52,546 bases of DNA from Candidatus Bruticola sp. Lineage in GTDB: Bacteria; Vulcanimicrobiota; Xenobia; Xenobiales; Xenobiaceae. Positions 47,000 through 52,546 of the stretch are shown piece by piece. A program made the translations under genes and the position numbers. The DNA lies in NCBI GenBank assembly GCA_051874735.1, contig JBJEGD010000006.1, positions 1 through 52,546 on the forward strand, in the 5' to 3' direction. The notes beneath the pieces were generated by a model. The model did not search any database. It was not told the DNA's origin and saw nothing but the letters and a program-made list of their open reading frames with translations. The first letter of the stretch is position 1; each line of letters opens with the position of its first letter.

Positions 47000-48235
47000 A
47001 TGGATGCTCAACTTACTAAGTACGATGTTTTTTTAGCTGTTGCTGGGCGCAAAAAACCTATAAGTAAAGAGGCTCTAGTCAAGACCTTATGGCTGGACAA
47101 CACCAACCTTTTAGATGAGCATCTAAATTCGCTTCTTAAAGAGCAGCTTTTGCATACCACTCCAGAAGGATACACTAAAGGCTCCAGCTCCCAAGGACAG
47201 GCTTTGCTCGAACTCATCATGCTGTCTGTAGCTTACGAATACGATTACAATTTGTATTTATCTCAGCCTTCCCTCGATTTTCTGAAAGCTGTCTATAAGC
47301 GCAGCTGTTTTACAGCACGAGATTTGGAATCTCTGCCAGATTGGCGCATCTATCTCTACCATCTGATGAAAGATCAGTTGATCCTCTTCCTCAGTTACGA
47401 TCCTCCGTCAATGCGTTTAGCTAGCACTCTCTTTTTCGATTTAATCTGCAGCTGCTTCAATATTAAGCCCAAAACTAAACTCTTCGATACAAAAATAGAT
47501 TTTAATAAAATTATTATCAGCAAGCAGACGGCTAAGCGTATCAAAGATATCTCACAAATATCCTTAGGCTCTCACTTTATATTTGATGATCAGCATAAAA
47601 ACTACAATGTTGGCCTGCCTAAAATGCAGCGTCTTATTTCTTTTGATATACTTCCCGAGCAGGAAGAGATGTTCGATAAACAATCTAAGGTCAGCTTCGA
47701 TCGAGCTAAGGAGCAGGTAACGCGCAACTCTATCCAGTTAAAAAAGCATATGACTGTCAACATAATAAAGGAATATCACACTTTAGTTACAGCTGGTTTA
47801 AACATTTCCGATCAGTATCGCGATTTTAACGTAGAAATTAAGGCAAATCCGTACTTCAAAACGGCTGATTGGAAGAAAGTACCTAAACTAATGGATAAGC
47901 TTATAGAAGATTACGGTGCTGTTTACAAAGCTTCCAAAAATATTTTTGATGCTATCAACTTAGCTTCCTTTTTCTACAATGAACTTATCCATATCCATCC
48001 TTTTGAAGATGGCAACAGTCGAACCGCTTTTTTATGCATGCTTCATATTATGAACTTGTTCAGCTTCAGCATATCATCCGTTCCCCCTTGTTTCGATTAC
48101 AGCTTTATTCAAGCTACTAAAGGCCAAAAAAAGCGCAACGATAAAGAGTTATCAGACCTTTTAAAAGAAGTCTACATAGTAATTCTTGAACAAGAAGAGT
48201 TCCAAATCATGACTAAACTAGCTGCAGAACGATAG
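47000..48235 (+). CDS. Fic/DOC family protein with N-terminal winged-helix-like domains
   Basis: HPFEDGNSRTAF motif, IKEYH..V and YR...V.I flap region; AGGAGG SD. Confidence 0.88.
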   Translation: MDAQLTKYDVFLAVAGRKKPISKEALVKTLWLDNTNLLDEHLNSLLKEQLLHTTPEGYTKGSSSQGQALLELIMLSVAYEYDYNLYLSQPSLDFLKAVYKRSCFTARDLESLPDWRIYLYHLMKDQLILFLSYDPPSMRLASTLFFDLICSCFNIKPKTKLFDTKIDFNKIIISKQTAKRIKDISQISLGSHFIFDDQHKNYNVGLPKMQRLISFDILPEQEEMFDKQSKVSFDRAKEQVTRNSIQLKKHMTVNIIKEYHTLVTAGLNISDQYRDFNVEIKANPYFKTADWKKVPKLMDKLIEDYGAVYKASKNIFDAINLASFFYNELIHIHPFEDGNSRTAFLCMLHIMNLFSFSISSVPPCFDYSFIQATKGQKKRNDKELSDLLKEVYIVILEQEEFQIMTKLAAER

Positions 48236-48238
48236 TTT

Positions 48239-49138
48239 ATGGCCAGACATAATAAAGGAGAACTTATAGATAACCGCTACCGCGTGCTCGATTATTTGGG
48301 AGAGGGAGCTCAAAGCTGCGTCTATCTGGTCAGTGACGCCAGACGCCCCCTCGCCAACTGGGCCCTTAAGCAACTCCGCTTGAACGACATTCCCCCTGAA
48401 GAACGTCAGACAACTATTGATATGTTCCACAGGGAAAGCCAAATTTTGCAGCAACTCCACCATCAAGCTCTGCCAAAATTAATTGACTGCGCCACTCCCG
48501 CCGGAGAAGCTCCGTATATTGTTATGGAGCGAGTTATAGGTCGTCCTCTCGATGAAGTGCTCGATGGTCGATCCTCACCTCTGCGCCTGGAAGAAGCCCT
48601 ACCTATAGCTTTGCAGCTCACTCACCTACTTCAAGCTCTGCACAGTCAAGATCCGCCTATTATCTACCGCGACCTTAAACCTTCTAACCTCATACTCTCC
48701 CCTAGCGGCATGATTCGCCTTATAGATTTCGGTATTGCCCGATTCCGCACAGCCAAATCACTAAAAGATACGCAGGAACTAGGTACACCAGGTTACTGTG
48801 CTCCCGAACAGTACAGAGGCCATTCGACGATTCAAAGCGATATATATTCACTAGGCGTAACCTTATTTTATATGCTGACTTTAAAAGATCCCCAAAGTAT
48901 GAACTTCCAGTTTCCAGCTCTAAATACTTTAGTACCTAATGTCCCATCAAACCTGACAGAGCTTTTAACTCAATGTCTAGATATAGACACAACTAAGCGC
49001 CCTAAGTCAGCTGCTGAATTGCGCAGCCAATTATTTCAAATACTAAAAAAATATCAGGCCCAAGCTACCAAAGGTACTGCACCTCTGGAGCTGGGCCTGA
49101 TCAATTTAAGCCATCACCTAACAATGCTGGAAAGCTGA
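48239..49138 (+). CDS. Hanks-type Ser/Thr protein kinase (soluble, kinase domain only)
   Basis: LGEGAQSCVY, ALK, YRDLKPSN, DFG, GTPGYCAPEQ, SDIYSLG, RP. Confidence 0.95.
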   Translation: MARHNKGELIDNRYRVLDYLGEGAQSCVYLVSDARRPLANWALKQLRLNDIPPEERQTTIDMFHRESQILQQLHHQALPKLIDCATPAGEAPYIVMERVIGRPLDEVLDGRSSPLRLEEALPIALQLTHLLQALHSQDPPIIYRDLKPSNLILSPSGMIRLIDFGIARFRTAKSLKDTQELGTPGYCAPEQYRGHSTIQSDIYSLGVTLFYMLTLKDPQSMNFQFPALNTLVPNVPSNLTELLTQCLDIDTTKRPKSAAELRSQLFQILKKYQAQATKGTAPLELGLINLSHHLTMLES

Positions 49139-50713
49139 TTAACAACGATGTAAATCAGTATGCAAAACCTCTAATTCGGCCTGCAACCGCTCTTCTTCTG
49201 GTAAAGACTGCAAACGTTCATGCAAATCGCCATCGTGTTCGCGACGCAGACAAGCTGCCACATAATCAATCAGAAAAGGCGGGAACAGACCATCTTGTTC
49301 ATAATAGTCGCGATGCTCAATTAAAAGATCGGCGCACTCGCAGCAGCTCTTAGGTAAGTTTTGCAACTTGGCCGCCAATTCCGCTTTTTGGAAGATATTG
49401 CCATCAACGTGGCACTCCTCAGCCAATTCTAAGGACTCCGATTCGTGCTTCAGTCCCCAACTGACCGCTTGTAGCATAGCAGAAAGCAGTAAATACACGT
49501 TGGCACTGCCATCAGGAGAGCGCAGCTCTATAGTTTGGCGGCACTCACTATCCACAAAAGACTCCCGCTGCTGCGAGTTAACTACCTGACTCAAGTCACC
49601 GGTATCAGCCCAGCCTAAAGGAACGCGTATTAGAGAAGAGCGGTTGGAGTGACTCCAACAAATTTTGGTAGGAGCCTCGTGGTTGGGCACTAAACGCAGG
49701 AAAGACGAAGCCTGAGTATTACCAAACGCGGAAATAGTGGGAGCATAACGCACTAAACCGCCAATCATTTTTCTGGCATCTGAACTTAAAAGGCCCTGGC
49801 TGTTTAGCATACAATTAACATTATGGCGCTTCAACTCCATGTGAATGTGCATACCAGTGCCGGCGGCTTCAGGACTGAGCTTGGGGGTAAAAGTAGCTAA
49901 AAGGCCATGACGAGCTGCTATGCAGCGAATTAACCAGCGAGCCAAACAAAGCACATCGGCAGCTTCAGTTATAGGGCGGGGATAAAATTCCAACTCAAAT
50001 TGTTCAGCTGCACATCCATTCAAAACAGCCCGCTGGGAATGAATAGTTTCGATACTGCCTACTTCTGAATGGCCGTACTTAAGAGAACCTGTTACCTGCT
50101 GAACTATTTGAATCATTTCATCAGCAGCATTTTCGTACTTAAGATAGGGAGCAGAAATATGGTACCCATTTTGACTAGAAGCGGGATAACGCTCGTCGTC
50201 GGACGTTTTCGGATAAATTAAGTAAAATTCCAATTCGCCCATAGCCCAAAGCTCATAGCCTAATTCTTTTTGCAGCTGCGAAGAACCGATCTGCAGAATA
50301 CTATCGGGAGTAAATTTAGCAGGCTGACCATGGCCATCTAGGAAGCGACACATAAAATCTAGACTTTTGTGCCTAAACGGATTTATAAAAGCCGAAGAAT
50401 AGACTGGCACAGCGTAGGTGTCTGAAACAGACGCATCTACCAGCCTCTTAAAAAGAGAAGAGCCATCGGTGCGTTCCCCTAAGGCCAGCAAACGCTCGGC
50501 CTGCTTTAAGCTGCTAAAAGGGAGTTTGAGCGAGCGCATGCGCCCATCTAAACCGACATAATGAAAAGTCAGCATATCAATGCTGAAATACTTAATAATT
50601 TTAAGTAAATCGGAGCGCGTAAAATCGCGGCACTCTTTATTCAATAAAGAACTCAAAGACTCAACTGAATTAATTTCAGAAGAAGCATATCTAGAAGACA
50701 CAAAATCGGACAA
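49139..50713 (-). CDS. glnA: Glutamine synthetase family protein
   Basis: DGSSL, GELEFY, HSEVG, EQFELE, TFTPK, GTGMHIH, RLVPNHEAP, NRS.LIRVP, ELRSPD. Confidence 0.92.
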   Translation of the reverse strand: MSDFVSSRYASSEINSVESLSSLLNKECRDFTRSDLLKIIKYFSIDMLTFHYVGLDGRMRSLKLPFSSLKQAERLLALGERTDGSSLFKRLVDASVSDTYAVPVYSSAFINPFRHKSLDFMCRFLDGHGQPAKFTPDSILQIGSSQLQKELGYELWAMGELEFYLIYPKTSDDERYPASSQNGYHISAPYLKYENAADEMIQIVQQVTGSLKYGHSEVGSIETIHSQRAVLNGCAAEQFELEFYPRPITEAADVLCLARWLIRCIAARHGLLATFTPKLSPEAAGTGMHIHMELKRHNVNCMLNSQGLLSSDARKMIGGLVRYAPTISAFGNTQASSFLRLVPNHEAPTKICWSHSNRSSLIRVPLGWADTGDLSQVVNSQQRESFVDSECRQTIELRSPDGSANVYLLLSAMLQAVSWGLKHESESLELAEECHVDGNIFQKAELAAKLQNLPKSCCECADLLIEHRDYYEQDGLFPPFLIDYVAACLRREHDGDLHERLQSLPEEERLQAELEVLHTDLHRC

Positions 50714-50770
50714 AACAATACACCAACTTTCACAAGTAAGGCAGAGTATTTCTTTGGTCTTACATAATTT

Positions 50771-51691
50771 CTATACAGGTAAGAAGAGCCTGTATTTTTC
50801 TGAGAATTTCTCTCGCTGTGGCCTAATAACGCCTGACGCTTCTCGACCGTCGCCCAGAGCAATAGAACAACTGCCAAGCTCATGGCTACTATCGGCAGCC
50901 CAAACAACTAAAGCCCCAGGAGGAAGTTCTTTGAGCTGCTCCGGCTTAGAATCGGTACATTCTACAAATTTATCAGACTTAGCCGCGAAATCAGCCAGTT
51001 CAGAGGCGATTTTGCCTCCAGCCTCAACACCTTGAGCTATTAACGCTGAACCTACAGCTTTCAAATCGAAGTAGCCCGTCGCTTCTGCCTGGCGCTTAGC
51101 TTCTTCAGCTAACTTAGTACCAAATTCAGTAGTCACAAAGCCATCCTTAGCGGAAGCAGAAACTTTTTTGGCTTGAGGCGCCACTTCTTCGGCAGCATTC
51201 GCATCCTTTTCAGGGATAGGCTCAAAGTAGTAACGACCTACACTCTCAACCTGCTCGTAGGCATCAGGATAATAAAAATGCAGAAAAATCATGCGCGCTT
51301 CCTGCAGTCCTTTAGGAAGCTGATTTTCATCTTGAATCTTTTTCTTCTGCTCAGGAGTACCGCGATCGAGAACTTTCAAAATGCTAGTCACTGAGCGGAT
51401 TTCTGGAGCTAACGAAGACAACTCAGCTATAGGTTCGTCCGCTTCCTCGTAGCAGCGATTTACATAGCTAGTATAAGCATTAAAGTCAGAGTTTATATAA
51501 GCATTGACCATACCCACAGTAGCCGCAGTTATTCCACTGCGTCTTCCCATGCGATCAGTTTGAGCAGCTAAAGAGCCAGACAAACTTGACGACATAGAGA
51601 GCACTCCATCGAATATAGAGGCCGGAGTATTATATACGTTCACTCCCATAAGTGAAGCCACTGAACCTAAACTAAATTGACCAAAGCCCAT
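50771..51691 (-). CDS. Hypothetical protein with a C-terminal degenerate CHAP/NlpC-like amidase fold
   Basis: C-terminal LPPGALVVW....H..G...IALGDGREAS pattern; low-complexity Ser/Gly N-terminus. Confidence 0.6.
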   Translation of the reverse strand: MGFGQFSLGSVASLMGVNVYNTPASIFDGVLSMSSSLSGSLAAQTDRMGRRSGITAATVGMVNAYINSDFNAYTSYVNRCYEEADEPIAELSSLAPEIRSVTSILKVLDRGTPEQKKKIQDENQLPKGLQEARMIFLHFYYPDAYEQVESVGRYYFEPIPEKDANAAEEVAPQAKKVSASAKDGFVTTEFGTKLAEEAKRQAEATGYFDLKAVGSALIAQGVEAGGKIASELADFAAKSDKFVECTDSKPEQLKELPPGALVVWAADSSHELGSCSIALGDGREASGVIRPQREKFSEKYRLFLPV

Positions 51692-51973
51692 ACGTTTTTA
51701 TCAATCCTCAATGTAAAACCGGATTAACTCTAAAGTGCTCTACCCTTAGACACAGCACCTTTAAGCCTTCTAAATTATGGTACAAGCTGAAACGGATAAC
51801 GGCCCCCCCACTTTAAGCCAAGGCTCATGAATACAACACCGTTATACAAGCCACAACTTCCGCTAATATACAGCTATTTATTTAAGGTAATTTGGTTGAG
51901 CTGATTACAGTTTGAGCTCCCCCCTTAAAAAGCTCAGCACAGAATAAACTGGATAGATGTTCCTAGCCTTATT

Positions 51974-52273
51974 TTAGCTCCAACTTATGCGCAACCAGGT
52001 TCTACCAACGATAAACTCTTGACCGTTTTTTAAAGCAGTACTGCCGTAAAGACGCTCACCGTCAACAAAGGTACCATTAGTAGAACCTTTATCCTCCAAA
52101 ATAACCCCTCCAGCGGTCGGCTCCAATACAGCATGATGGCGACTTACGAATCCATCTAAATTAAGAGCTATATCACCTTCACGCCCAATTTGAACCCGCT
52201 TATTAAACTGAAAAACGTAGCCGTCAATGGGGCCGCCCAGAACTTCAAGCTGAATTCTCATATTTAACGCCAA
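51974..52273 (-). CDS. Stand-alone FHA domain protein
   Basis: IGR, VSRHHA, DKGSTNGTFV and L..G....VG; start TTG 52273 or ATG 52261. Confidence 0.92.
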   Translation of the reverse strand: MALNMRIQLEVLGGPIDGYVFQFNKRVQIGREGDIALNLDGFVSRHHAVLEPTAGGVILEDKGSTNGTFVDGERLYGSTALKNGQEFIVGRTWLRISWS

Positions 52274-52546
52274 TTCTCCCCTTCATTATGATCGCTGCCC
52301 GGATTTAGTCTGCGGCTGAAGGGGCCGGGAGCCCCAGACTGAGGAGGACGCGGCACACTGCTCGAAAGTGCAGCAGCGCCGTTGCGGTATTCTTCCTGAG
52401 ACCAAGCTCCCTCAGATCCGCTAGGAGCCATCGGCTGGCGAGGTACATTTGCTCCCGGACCAACTGGACGCTGACCGCTAGGAGCCATCGGCTGGCGAGG
52501 AGCATTTGCTCCCGGACCAACTGGACGCTGACCGCCAGGAGCCATC
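52264..52546 (-). CDS. 3' end of a Pro/Gly-rich repeat protein truncated by the window edge
   Basis: Open frame running off the right end; 19-aa repeats; stop overlaps or abuts the FHA gene start. Confidence 0.7.
   Translation of the reverse strand, partial: MAPGGQRPVGPGANAPRQPMAPSGQRPVGPGANVPRQPMAPSGSEGAWSQEEYRNGAAALSSSVPRPPQSGAPGPFSRRLNPGSDHNEGENWR
52418..52546. repeat. 57-bp coding tandem repeat (at least 2.2 copies, cut by the window end)
   Basis: CCGCTAGGAGCCATCGGCTGGCGAGG at 52418 and 52475, with a variant third copy from 52532; encodes MAP(S/G)GQRPVGPGAN(A/V)PRQP. Confidence 0.92.

Noticed and set aside
47000-49138. Fic-kinase pair as part of a prophage or mobile element
   Set aside because: No integrase, transposase, att-like repeats or phage genes nearby
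52418-52546. 57-bp repeats as a CRISPR array
   Set aside because: Contiguous units with no unique spacers, length a multiple of 3 in an open frame, and no cas genes
1-52546. tRNA or rRNA genes
   Set aside because: No cloverleaf with a T-loop GTTC motif and no rRNA-like sequence seen in intergenic regions by eye; tRNAscan-SE and Infernal would be decisive

Overview
Gene-dense bacterial chromosomal segment of moderate GC (by eye about 45%) with about 46 credible CDS. I see no rRNA, tRNA, CRISPR array, integrase or transposase. Housekeeping genes include mfd, prfC, pcrA/uvrD, folD with fchA, a hemL-like aminotransferase, rdgB, ybaK, glnA, an ftsB/divIC-like gene, nupC and pilC. They are interspersed with envelope and signalling genes: an L,D-transpeptidase, a tandem-domain Amj flippase, an HpnN-like MMPL exporter with a radical SAM enzyme and a small DMT protein, two metallophosphoesterases, and a lipoprotein flavodoxin behind a MerR-type 19-bp-spacer promoter. 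The best candidate for an undescribed system is at 45.6-49.1 kb: a catalytically dead trypsin-fold/TM/FHA receptor, a non-canonical wHTH-Fic protein and a Hanks-type Ser/Thr kinase, with a further stand-alone FHA gene and a Pro/Gly repeat protein at the right end. A recurring theme is intact genes whose enzyme folds have lost catalytic residues (GGDEF, GT1, trypsin, Fic, amidase-like, FolD cyclohydrolase). The left end carries a strong outward-facing sigma70 promoter of the kind that drives stable-RNA operons. The gene mix tentatively suggests an uncultured Terrabacteria lineage such as Ca. Eremiobacterota; this is unverified inference.
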